From contig JABJHA010000044.1 in the NCBI GenBank assembly GCA_018662005.1, forward strand, positions 1,759 through 65,758: a stretch of 64,000 nucleotides of DNA, read 5' to 3'. The notes below the pieces were generated by a model, which saw nothing but the letters and a program-made list of their open reading frames with translations, was not told the origin of the DNA and made no database searches. This document shows positions 44,475-53,161 of this stretch, one piece after another (the first letter of the stretch is position 1; every line of letters starts with the position of its first letter). The stretch is from Rhodospirillaceae bacterium. Lineage in GTDB: Bacteria > Pseudomonadota > Alphaproteobacteria > Rhodospirillales > JABHCV01. The position numbers and the translations under genes are program-made.

Positions 44475-47273
44475 TTGAAATCGCGTAAAGCTCCTGAAAA
44501 AACCAAACAACACATACTGGTGGCGATGGCCAGTGCTGCTCACGGGCGCGCCATTCGGGCGATGCTGGCTGTTGATCATTATCGCCTGTCGTACGCCCCT
44601 GATATGCAAAGCGCCATTGAACATCTGCAAATGAAGACCTTTGATGCGATTATTCTTGATTCGGCACCGTGGCAAGCCGGTCGTAAGAGTCAGGGCCGGA
44701 AAATCATCAAGGCGGCTGCAGGCTGGCCCGTCATCGTCTTGCCGGCGGGTATCGAAGGGACGGCAGCATCAATCAGGGCATTCGGTGTTGATGCCCGCTA
44801 TCTGTCCTGGGACCACGTCGATGGGGCGCTTTTGACGGCTACTATTTCGTCAGTTGTTTCCATTCATCAGGAAGGATTAGCCCTGCGTGAAAGCGAAGAC
44901 AGGTTTTCCCGGGCTTTCCGATCAGCCCCGGGGATGTATGCCATTTCGACGCCGAAAAATGGTCGTCACGTCAACGTCAACGAAGCCTGGCTAAAGGCAT
45001 TGGGATACAGGCGACGTGAGGTTATTGGTAAAACCGCCCGTGAACTGAATTTATGGCCTTACCCGAAGGACCGCAAACGCCTGCTCAACGAGATGGCCGA
45101 GAAAGGCTCGGTGCGGCAATTTGAAACCCAATTACGGACCAAGAAAGGCAGCCTCCTGGATTTGCAGATCGCCGGTGAAATGATTGAAATTGGTGGCCAG
45201 CCGCATTTGTTGCTGGTCGCCTTTGATATTACAGAGCGCAAGCAGGCAGAAATCCAGATTAAGCAAAGTGAAGAGCGCGCACGTGCGGCAGAGAAAGTTA
45301 TTTCTGACGCTTTGGATAACATTTCCGAAGGCTTTTCGATTTATGATTCCGAAGACCGGCTGGTCAGCTGGAATCAGACCTGGATGGAAATTTATCAATA
45401 TTCTCCTGAAATGATAAAGCCGGGAATGGAATACGAGGCCCTCAACAGGTTTGACGTCAAACAAAAGGTCATCGATGAGGATTGGAGGCCGGGTGAAGTT
45501 TATCTCAAGGAGCGGACGGCATATCGCAGGAGTTTAAAAAGATCGTATGAATTCAAGTTGAGTAACGGCAAATGGATAAGCGTCCGTGAACGCCGGACCT
45601 CTGATGGCGGCATTGTAGGTATCCAGACCGATATTACCGATTTGAAACGGGTCGAGGAAAGTCTTCGCAAATCCCATGATGAACTCGAACTGCGTATCCA
45701 CGAAAGAACCCGGCAACTTCGCGAGGAGGTAGAGGAACGCAAGCGGACAATGGCGGCCCTTAAGGTCAGTGAGCAACGTCTGCGCGACATGGCTGATGCC
45801 GCTACGGACTGGCAGTGGGAAACGGATGAAAATTTTCGCTACACGCGCTTTTCCGACACAATTCTCTCTGTGCTTAATATTGACCCAAAAAAATTACTTG
45901 GGAAAACCCGGCTGGCCGTTGTTGTTGATGGGGTCGAGAACTTGGACGGCGAAAAATGGCTGCAACATGTCGATGATCTGGAAAACCATCGCCCCTTCAG
46001 GGATTTTGAGTACGCCCACAAACATCCCGATGGACACGTCTTGCATATACGCGTCAGTGGCAAACCAGCCTTCGATGAGAAGGGGAAGTTTACCGGTTAC
46101 CGGGGCACCGGTTCTAACATCACAACCCAGGTCGATGCCGAAACAAGTGCGGCCAGTGCACAACGGCAATTGAACGATGCCATCGAAGGGATATCCGATG
46201 CCCTTATTCTTTTTGATAACGATGATCAGATGGTGATGTGTAACAGCCGTTATCGGGAAATATTCTCACCCATCGCAGACAAACTTGTGCCAGGCTTGAG
46301 GTTTAAGGAACTTTGTCGCCTTGTTTCAAGAAGCCGGATATTCATATTCGCCGATGATTCGTCCGAAAAGTGGCTGAATGAAAGATTGGCGGGTCACAAA
46401 AAAGAAAATATGCGATATGAGCAGCCCCTGAATAATGGACGTTGGGTGAATGTTATTGAATACCCGACCAGCGACGGCGGCATCCTGATTTTGCTGACCG
46501 ATATTACGGAACTGCGTCAAAGTGAGGAAGAATTACGCAGAGCCCGTGATCAGGCGGAAGTTGCCAATCGGGCGAAATCGGATTTCCTTGCTGGTATGAG
46601 CCACGAATTACGGACCCCCTTAAATGCCATCATCGGGTTTTCAGACGCCATGCGTACACAGTTGTTCGGCCCTATTGAACAACCCCGTTACATCGAATAC
46701 CTGGGCAACATTCACGATTCGGGTATTCATTTGCTGCAGTTGATTAATGATATTCTCGATATTTCCAAGATCGAGGCGGGCGCCTCCGAAATGAATGAAA
46801 GCCGGTTTAGTGTTAGCCCCGTCATGGACCGCGCCCTGCGTCTCGTTAAAAACCGGGCAGTGGAGGGCGGGGTCAGCCTTACCAAGATCATCCCCGGAAC
46901 ATTGCCGTCACTTTATGGCGATGAGAGACGCTTTTTACAGGTTGTCCTGAATATTTTATCAAACGCCATCAAGTTCACGCCTAAGGGTGGTGATGTGAAA
47001 ATTTCCGCAAAAGTGGAAAAAAATGGCGATATGGCGATCCGTATCAGCGATAACGGAATGGGCATCAAGAAGGCGGATATTAAAAAAGTGATGACCGAAT
47101 TTGGTCAGATAAACAACAGTCTGGCAAAACCGAAAGAAGGCACCGGCTTGGGTTTACCCTTGAGCAAGGGCTTGATGGAAATGCATGGGGGAACGCTCAG
47201 CCTTGAAAGCAAAATCAAGGTCGGAACCGTTGCCACTTTGCGGTTTCCTGCCCACCGGGTTGGCAAGGGATGA
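44475..47273 (+). CDS. Cytoplasmic multi-PAS sensor histidine kinase with an N-terminal receiver-like domain
   Basis: TTG start after GGAGAG. FDAIILD receiver-like N-terminus. At least 4 PAS/PAC units with coiled-coil linkers. H-box SHELRTPLNAIIGFS. N, G1 and G2 boxes (LSNAIKFT, DNGMGI, GTGLGLPLSK). Confidence 0.9.
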   Translation: MKSRKAPEKTKQHILVAMASAAHGRAIRAMLAVDHYRLSYAPDMQSAIEHLQMKTFDAIILDSAPWQAGRKSQGRKIIKAAAGWPVIVLPAGIEGTAASIRAFGVDARYLSWDHVDGALLTATISSVVSIHQEGLALRESEDRFSRAFRSAPGMYAISTPKNGRHVNVNEAWLKALGYRRREVIGKTARELNLWPYPKDRKRLLNEMAEKGSVRQFETQLRTKKGSLLDLQIAGEMIEIGGQPHLLLVAFDITERKQAEIQIKQSEERARAAEKVISDALDNISEGFSIYDSEDRLVSWNQTWMEIYQYSPEMIKPGMEYEALNRFDVKQKVIDEDWRPGEVYLKERTAYRRSLKRSYEFKLSNGKWISVRERRTSDGGIVGIQTDITDLKRVEESLRKSHDELELRIHERTRQLREEVEERKRTMAALKVSEQRLRDMADAATDWQWETDENFRYTRFSDTILSVLNIDPKKLLGKTRLAVVVDGVENLDGEKWLQHVDDLENHRPFRDFEYAHKHPDGHVLHIRVSGKPAFDEKGKFTGYRGTGSNITTQVDAETSAASAQRQLNDAIEGISDALILFDNDDQMVMCNSRYREIFSPIADKLVPGLRFKELCRLVSRSRIFIFADDSSEKWLNERLAGHKKENMRYEQPLNNGRWVNVIEYPTSDGGILILLTDITELRQSEEELRRARDQAEVANRAKSDFLAGMSHELRTPLNAIIGFSDAMRTQLFGPIEQPRYIEYLGNIHDSGIHLLQLINDILDISKIEAGASEMNESRFSVSPVMDRALRLVKNRAVEGGVSLTKIIPGTLPSLYGDERRFLQVVLNILSNAIKFTPKGGDVKISAKVEKNGDMAIRISDNGMGIKKADIKKVMTEFGQINNSLAKPKEGTGLGLPLSKGLMEMHGGTLSLESKIKVGTVATLRFPAHRVGKG

Positions 47274-48829
47274 CATCAAAGGGCGTTATTGCCGCTGGCC
47301 ACGAGGCAACGGCGAAGGCGGGGCAGGTCGTGCTGAAAGAAGGCGGCAATGCCTTCGATGCGGTTCTGGCGGCGCTTTGTACGGCTTGTGTAGCAGAGCC
47401 GGTTTTGGCTTCCCTGGGCGGCGGTGGATTTTTACTTGCTCACCCTTGCGGTGGCAAGCCGCTGCTTTATGATTTTTTTGCCCAAACCCCACGCCATCGT
47501 GACACCGGGGGGGAGATTGATTTCTTCCCGATCATTGCCGACTTCGGTCAGGCCGAGCAGGAATTCCACATTGGCATGGGCACTTTGGCCACTCCCGGTG
47601 TCGTCAAGGGGCTGTTTGAGGTTCATAAAGACCTTGGCAAAATGCCGATCGCCAAAATCGTCGAGCCGGCCATTGAACTGGCAAAGGGTGGTGTCCGCAT
47701 CAATCGTCTTCAGGCTTATATTTCTACTGTTGTTGAAAAAATTTATATTTCCAATGAAACCTGTTTGAACGCCTATGGCTCACCGAACCAACCGGGAGAA
47801 TTGGCCCGGGAAGGCGATACGCTGGCATTCCCGGATTTTGCCGATACCCTTGATAGCCTTGCGCGCGAAGGTGAAGACCTGTTTTACCGGGGTGAAATAG
47901 CCGCTGCCCTGGCGACTGATAGCGCCCAGGGCGGCGGATACCTTCGCCGCGATGATATGGAGTGTTATCAGTTAGAGCGCCGCCAACCTCTTGAATTATC
48001 TTACGCTGATGCCAGAATCTTGACCAATCCACCACCCTCAACGGGGGGGATTCTGATCGCCTTCGCCTTGGCCTTGTTAGGTGAAGACGCCTTTAGGAAT
48101 GAAAAGTTTGGCAGTCAGCACCATCTTCAAAAATTAATCAGCGCCATGATGCTAACGAATGAAGCCAGGATCGAAAGCAACCTGCATCAGAATTTGGGGC
48201 AAGGGGCGGCCGATACCCTGCTTGACCCCGGCTTTTTGGAAAGCTATCGCAAACGCATCCTTGGCCGGCCAAAAGCACATCGCGGCACCACCCAAATCAG
48301 TGTTATCGACAACGCTGGAAATGCGGCTTCCCTGACCTTGTCCAATGGTGAAGGTTCAGCCTATATCGTGCCGGATACCGGCATCATGATGAACAACATG
48401 CTGGGCGAAGAAGATATCAATCCCCATGGTTTCAATCAGTGGCCGGAGGATATCCGCATGTGTTCAATGATGACGCCAAGCCTGATTGAAGGCAGGAACG
48501 GCGAAATAACGGCGCTGGGCTCAGGTGGTTCAAATCGTATCCGTACCGCCATTTTACAGGTGATCATCAACCTGATCGATTTCAGAATGCCATTGTGCGA
48601 GGCCATTGAAAGCCCGAGACTTCATTTTGAGAAGGGACTGTTGAGCGTTGAGGACGGTTTTGACGAAGCCGAACTGGCCTCCTTGCAGGGGCAAGTAAGC
48701 AACGTCAAAGCCTGGGGTGAACGCAACATGTTTTTTGGTGGCGTGCATGCTGCCCATTATGAACCCGTAGCGGGTCACCTGGAGGGCGCAGGTGATCCTC
48801 GTCGCGGCGGTATCTGTCTTAGGGCTTAA
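47270..48829 (+). CDS. ggt: Gamma-glutamyltransferase family protein (no signal peptide)
   Basis: VIAAGHEATAKAG...GGNAFDA, nucleophile region HRGTTQISVID, and GSGGSNRI. ATGA overlap with the kinase. Confidence 0.85.
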   Translation: MTSKGVIAAGHEATAKAGQVVLKEGGNAFDAVLAALCTACVAEPVLASLGGGGFLLAHPCGGKPLLYDFFAQTPRHRDTGGEIDFFPIIADFGQAEQEFHIGMGTLATPGVVKGLFEVHKDLGKMPIAKIVEPAIELAKGGVRINRLQAYISTVVEKIYISNETCLNAYGSPNQPGELAREGDTLAFPDFADTLDSLAREGEDLFYRGEIAAALATDSAQGGGYLRRDDMECYQLERRQPLELSYADARILTNPPPSTGGILIAFALALLGEDAFRNEKFGSQHHLQKLISAMMLTNEARIESNLHQNLGQGAADTLLDPGFLESYRKRILGRPKAHRGTTQISVIDNAGNAASLTLSNGEGSAYIVPDTGIMMNNMLGEEDINPHGFNQWPEDIRMCSMMTPSLIEGRNGEITALGSGGSNRIRTAILQVIINLIDFRMPLCEAIESPRLHFEKGLLSVEDGFDEAELASLQGQVSNVKAWGERNMFFGGVHAAHYEPVAGHLEGAGDPRRGGICLRA

Positions 48830-48907
48830 TTTTTTGAAGTGGCATTTAATACGATCTGTGACCTCTGTCACAGGCTGTTGGAAATACCCGATTTTTCTAA
48901 AGAACGA

Positions 48908-49888
48908 TTAAGGAGCCCGGTGGTTAAGCGGTTTTGAGGGAACGTTTTTGGTGTCGAAATTAAGAAACGCGATCAACATCTGAGAGCCCAATATGATAGG
49001 CAGGGCAGCCAGAATAACAGTGCCGGCAGTGGCCGGAATTCCGGTTTCGGCGCTCTCAGTCCATGAGTAAATCCCGTAAACCACACCAAATAACAACAGT
49101 AACTTGCCAAGCACAAGTTCGATCGAGGCGATCCCGAAATCGCGAATGAAGTAATTATAGAAAATTCTTTTGACCGCATTGACGTAATGTCTTGCCGCAA
49201 AACTCACGATAACGTTGTGTATTTTAAGGCTGCTTTCTTCATCGCCGTATCTGGCAGGCATGGGGATATCGATGACAACACCCCGCATCATGTTCAGGCG
49301 AAACAGCATATCGGACTCAAAGAAAAATCCGTTATCGATCTTATCGAAGGGCAAACGCCGGGCAGCGTCGATATGAATGGCGGTAAATCCATTTGTCGGA
49401 TCGAACACATTCCAGTAACCGCTTGAAACTTTCGAGGCAAAGGATAGCACCAGATTGCCAAAAATTCGCACTCGCGGCATATCAGACAGGCCATCCAGGT
49501 TATAAAACCGGTTGCCTTTGGCGTAGTCGGCAACACCATCAAGCAGCGGGGCGACCAGATCGGAAATTAGAGAAGGGTCCATTTGCCCATCGCCATCAAC
49601 CTTGACGATGATTTCAGCCCCTGCCTCAATGGCCCGCCTGTAGCCGCTCATGGTTGCCCCGCCGACACCTGTATTGACGTCGTGGATCAGGACTTCCACT
49701 CGGGGGTCCTTGCAATTGTTTTTGACGTACTCCCCGGTGTTTTCGGGGCAGGCGTCGTCAATAACGATAATCCGGCTGACTTCTGCACCAAGTGACTTGA
49801 TGACATCAAGAATTCGCCTGGTTTCCCGGAAGCAGGGGATGACAACGGCAATGTTGGTTTCGTTTATATCGCTCATGGAGGCGCCCAT
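48908..49888 (-). CDS. Family 2 glycosyltransferase with C-terminal transmembrane helices
   Basis: VVIPCFRE...VIDDACPENTG...VDGDGQMDP (DxD). Two C-terminal TM helices. The start may be 49876. Confidence 0.85.
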   Translation of the reverse strand: MGASMSDINETNIAVVIPCFRETRRILDVIKSLGAEVSRIIVIDDACPENTGEYVKNNCKDPRVEVLIHDVNTGVGGATMSGYRRAIEAGAEIIVKVDGDGQMDPSLISDLVAPLLDGVADYAKGNRFYNLDGLSDMPRVRIFGNLVLSFASKVSSGYWNVFDPTNGFTAIHIDAARRLPFDKIDNGFFFESDMLFRLNMMRGVVIDIPMPARYGDEESSLKIHNVIVSFAARHYVNAVKRIFYNYFIRDFGIASIELVLGKLLLLFGVVYGIYSWTESAETGIPATAGTVILAALPIILGSQMLIAFLNFDTKNVPSKPLNHRAP

Positions 49889-49993
49889 CGTTTAAATATT
49901 CTCGCGCTCAAGATAGACGCCGGACCAGCCGGGTGCAAGTCGGTCAGGGAGTTGACAGTATGTGTCCTTATAAACGAATAACAAGAATATCCG

Positions 49994-50764
49994 TTGAAGG
50001 GTGGAAATATCTGTAATATGGGCCAAACACGTAAAATTGTTGGATTTTCGAGTGGGAACAGCGACGTGGATGAAGCCAATGAACAGAGTCTCAGGGGCGT
50101 CGAGCTTTTTGCTGCCTTGAGCAAGGATGAACTGGCGAGCGTTGAACAACGTTGCCGCTGGCGTTTATTCGCACCCCATCAACAGATTATTGACAGGGAA
50201 AGCCCTTCACGAGATGTCTTCTTCGTTGTCCGGGGGAAAGTCCGTATTGTTAATTATTCCTTTTCCGGACGCGGTATCACCCTTGATGAATTGTATGAAG
50301 GTAGTTACTTCGGTGAATTGTCCGCAATTGACAGCGAGCCGCGCTCGGCCAGGGTGATTTCAATATCGGAATCCCTGATCGGCTCCCTGCCACAAAAGTT
50401 TTTCCTGGAGACACTGGAAACCCATCCAAAGCTGGCTCTACTGGTGATGGCGCATTTGTCGAAATTACTGCGTGGCGCCAACCAGCGAATCATGGACCTG
50501 AGCACCCTCGGCGCCAATAACCGGGTTCATGCCGATTTGTTGCGACTGGTTGGCGACATTGATGAGGATATACCGTTAGCAATTATTGATCCGGTGCCGG
50601 TACATAACGATATCGCCAGCCGGGTCAGTACGACCCGTGAAACCGTTGCCCGGGTGATGAACGACTTGGCGCGTCGGGGAATCGTCGAGAAAAAGGGTAC
50701 AGCCCTTCATATCAAGGACGTTCATCGTTTGCGTGATATGGTCGAAGAGGTTCGCGGCGAGTAA
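49994..50764 (+). CDS. Crp/Fnr-family transcriptional regulator
   Basis: cNMP-binding domain (FGELSAIDSEPRSARVISI) plus C-terminal HTH (RETVARVMNDLARRG). The start is uncertain (50018 is possible). Confidence 0.8.
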   Translation: MKGGNICNMGQTRKIVGFSSGNSDVDEANEQSLRGVELFAALSKDELASVEQRCRWRLFAPHQQIIDRESPSRDVFFVVRGKVRIVNYSFSGRGITLDELYEGSYFGELSAIDSEPRSARVISISESLIGSLPQKFFLETLETHPKLALLVMAHLSKLLRGANQRIMDLSTLGANNRVHADLLRLVGDIDEDIPLAIIDPVPVHNDIASRVSTTRETVARVMNDLARRGIVEKKGTALHIKDVHRLRDMVEEVRGE

Positions 50765-50769
50765 GAAAC

Positions 50770-51135
50770 TCAGCCCAGGAAGGAAGAAATGGTTTCCAGG
50801 AATTTGGGAACTGAAATCGGCTTGGCGATGTAGCCCTCACAGCCGCCCTCAAGTATTTTTTCTTCATCACCTTTCATGGCGAAGGCGGTAACGGCGACAA
50901 CCGGGATGTTTTTCAGGTCATCATCGGCTTTTAGCATTTTGGTGATTTCCAGGCCGGAAATTTCAGGTAACTGAATATCCATCAAAATCAGGTCAGGATG
51001 ATGTTCACGGGCAAGTCCAATTGCTTCGCGACCATCCGTTGTTTGTACCGTTCCATATCCATGAGCTTGAAGAAGATCATTGAAGAGCTTCATATTCAAT
51101 TCGTTATCTTCAACGATAAGAATGGTCTTGGACAT
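50770..51135 (-). CDS. divK: Single-domain response regulator, DivK orthologue
   Basis: [18 protein letters not shown]...[60 protein letters not shown] is near-collinear with Caulobacter DivK as I recall it. Confidence 0.85.
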   Translation of the reverse strand: MSKTILIVEDNELNMKLFNDLLQAHGYGTVQTTDGREAIGLAREHHPDLILMDIQLPEISGLEITKMLKADDDLKNIPVVAVTAFAMKGDEEKILEGGCEGYIAKPISVPKFLETISSFLG

Positions 51136-51307
51136 ATCAGCAAAGTTTCCTGATTTCAGGCGATTTTTTTTCGTTGTTAATGAACGAAAACATCTTCAAA
51201 CGTGTACTTTAACGAAAGAGCACAATTTTATGATGGATGATTCCAATAGCCGTGTCAAACCCTGCGAAAAGCGGCAAAACCCCCTACATCAAAGGTATTA
51301 ATGCAGA

Positions 51308-51475
51308 TTATTTAATCTTGGCTTCTTTGAAAATCACATGCTTGCGCACGACGGGATCGTATTTACGAAATTCCATCTTTTCAGTCTGGTTGCGGGGGTT
51401 CTTTTTGGTCACGTAATAGAACCCGGTATCAGCGGTGCTAACCAATTTGATCAGGATAGTATTGGGCTTTGCCAT
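51308..51475 (-). CDS. rpmG: 50S ribosomal protein L33
   Basis: My own translation: [55 protein letters not shown]. It is 55 aa, below the ORF-track cutoff. Confidence 0.85.
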   Translation of the reverse strand: MAKPNTILIKLVSTADTGFYYVTKKNPRNQTEKMEFRKYDPVVRKHVIFKEAKIK

Positions 51476-51550
51476 CGTTTTGTTCCGAACAGATAAATCA
51501 AGGTGTTATCAGGCGGCGCACAATACAGTGCGCATGAACCTTGTCAAGGT

Positions 51551-53122
51551 CTAGCGCGCCGCCGCTGCGGATGCTGATAAATTCAAGGTCCGGGCGTACA
51601 GGGCCTTACTGTTTAACAGTGCTTCAGCGACCTTGCTATCAAGTTGTAATTTACGGCGTTCAGGCGGGCAGAAAGCACGCAATTCCTGACGCTGCTCTTT
51701 CTCCTGGAAGCTCGTCCTGCGCCAGCCTTCCATGACGGCGGCGGTTTTGATTCTTTCACTTAAAGCCCGGGCGATAATGGCCTCACCGTCAATCCTGTTG
51801 CCATCAATGCTGCTGGTGCAGATGGTTGGATAGACGCCAAGACCATGCAGGACGAATCCGGAAGGGGCAATAAGGCGGGACCAGGTCAGGGTAATCTCCC
51901 CCTCATTGGGTAACCTGATAACCGTCTGCACGGTACCTTTGCCGAATGATGACGTGCCAATGACGACGGCGCGACCCCTGTCTTGCAAGGCTGCCGCCGC
52001 AACCTCTGCCGCCGAAGCGGATTTCCCATCGACCAGAACGACAACCGGGCGACCGTATGCCATGTCACGGCCGCCTGCGTCATAGGATTGCAGGCTGTCA
52101 GGATGGCGGCCACGGGTTTCCGATATACGACCCTGGGCCAGGAACAAATCGGCGACTTGAATTGACTGCTTCAACAATCCGCCCGGATTGCCGCGCATGT
52201 CGAGAACAATTCCCTTGATGTCGTCGCCTAAATTGGTGCGGGCTTTCTTCAGTTTGTTCAAAAGGTTCCGCGCCGTGCGTTGGTTAAAGGTACTGATTTT
52301 AAGATAAACGATGCCGTTCTTATGGCCGTAAGACACGGTGTCGGGGACAATGTGGGCGCGATCAAGTTTAACAATAAGTGGCGCGTTTTCCCCTTTGCGC
52401 TCAATTTGAAGGGTGATTTCCGAATGAATAGGGCCACGCAATTGTTCAGAAACCTGTGCCTGTTTCAGGCCGTCTAACACCTTGCCATCGGCGTGGGTGA
52501 TGCGGTCGCCTTTCAAGATGCCAGCTTTCAGGGCCGGTGTATCGGGCATCACAAAGATAACTTGTGGGAGGTTTTTAATAATGCGAAAACGCACGCCAAT
52601 GCCGCCAAAACCGCTGCGCTTGGCGCGATTCCTTTTAGCTTCCCTTGAGCCGGCGTAGCGTGAATAGATGTCCAGGTTTGAAAGAATGCCATCGAAGACA
52701 GCTTCGTATATTTTTTCCGCACTGGCCTTTCTCATTTCCGTCGATTGCTGACGGCCAAGGGCCGTAATGTGAACAGTTAATTCGGCCCACCCTTCAGCAT
52801 CATCACCGGCGGGGGCCGCAATCCGCTTGGTAAGGTTGCCGGAAAACTTGACGATGACTTCACCATCATCCGTTTCGACGGTGATGGCCGGATCAATCGA
52901 TCCCAACCCGTGCAGGCCCTCCATGGCAAACTGGCTCACGGCTACGACCTCGATGTAACGTTCCCTGATGCTCTCATAACCGGCGGTGAAAACCTCTTTC
53001 GCGGCCGGTAAGGGGTAGTCATCGTCGGATGTAAGTGGTGGACGTTGAGGCGCACAAGCGGCGACAAGCAATGTCACCAGAACAATGAGAACACCCGGCA
53101 GATTGCGCTTATCTACGTTCAT
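51551..53122 (-). CDS. S41-family C-terminal processing peptidase with PDZ domain
   Basis: Lipoprotein-like signal (LLVAACA), a PDZ domain (LKGDRITHADG) and the S41 core (LDMRGNPGGLL, GKSASAAEV, FGKGTVQ). Confidence 0.85.
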   Translation of the reverse strand: MNVDKRNLPGVLIVLVTLLVAACAPQRPPLTSDDDYPLPAAKEVFTAGYESIRERYIEVVAVSQFAMEGLHGLGSIDPAITVETDDGEVIVKFSGNLTKRIAAPAGDDAEGWAELTVHITALGRQQSTEMRKASAEKIYEAVFDGILSNLDIYSRYAGSREAKRNRAKRSGFGGIGVRFRIIKNLPQVIFVMPDTPALKAGILKGDRITHADGKVLDGLKQAQVSEQLRGPIHSEITLQIERKGENAPLIVKLDRAHIVPDTVSYGHKNGIVYLKISTFNQRTARNLLNKLKKARTNLGDDIKGIVLDMRGNPGGLLKQSIQVADLFLAQGRISETRGRHPDSLQSYDAGGRDMAYGRPVVVLVDGKSASAAEVAAAALQDRGRAVVIGTSSFGKGTVQTVIRLPNEGEITLTWSRLIAPSGFVLHGLGVYPTICTSSIDGNRIDGEAIIARALSERIKTAAVMEGWRRTSFQEKEQRQELRAFCPPERRKLQLDSKVAEALLNSKALYARTLNLSASAAAAR

Positions 53123-53161
53123 AGCATCAAGTTTCCCCGATTCTGACCGTTATACCAAGGT

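Noticed and set aside
7812-50764. Functional link between the receiver-cyclase (7812-8858) and the Crp/Fnr-type regulator (49994-50764).
   Set aside because: The genes are 41 kb apart with unrelated genes between them. There is no shared motif or operon evidence, and bacteria usually have several cNMP-binding regulators.
51136-51307. Possible CtrA boxes (TTAA-N7-TTAAC) upstream of divK.
   Set aside because: Only half-sites are present (ttaatgaacgaaaac, tttaacgaaagag). No full bipartite match was seen.
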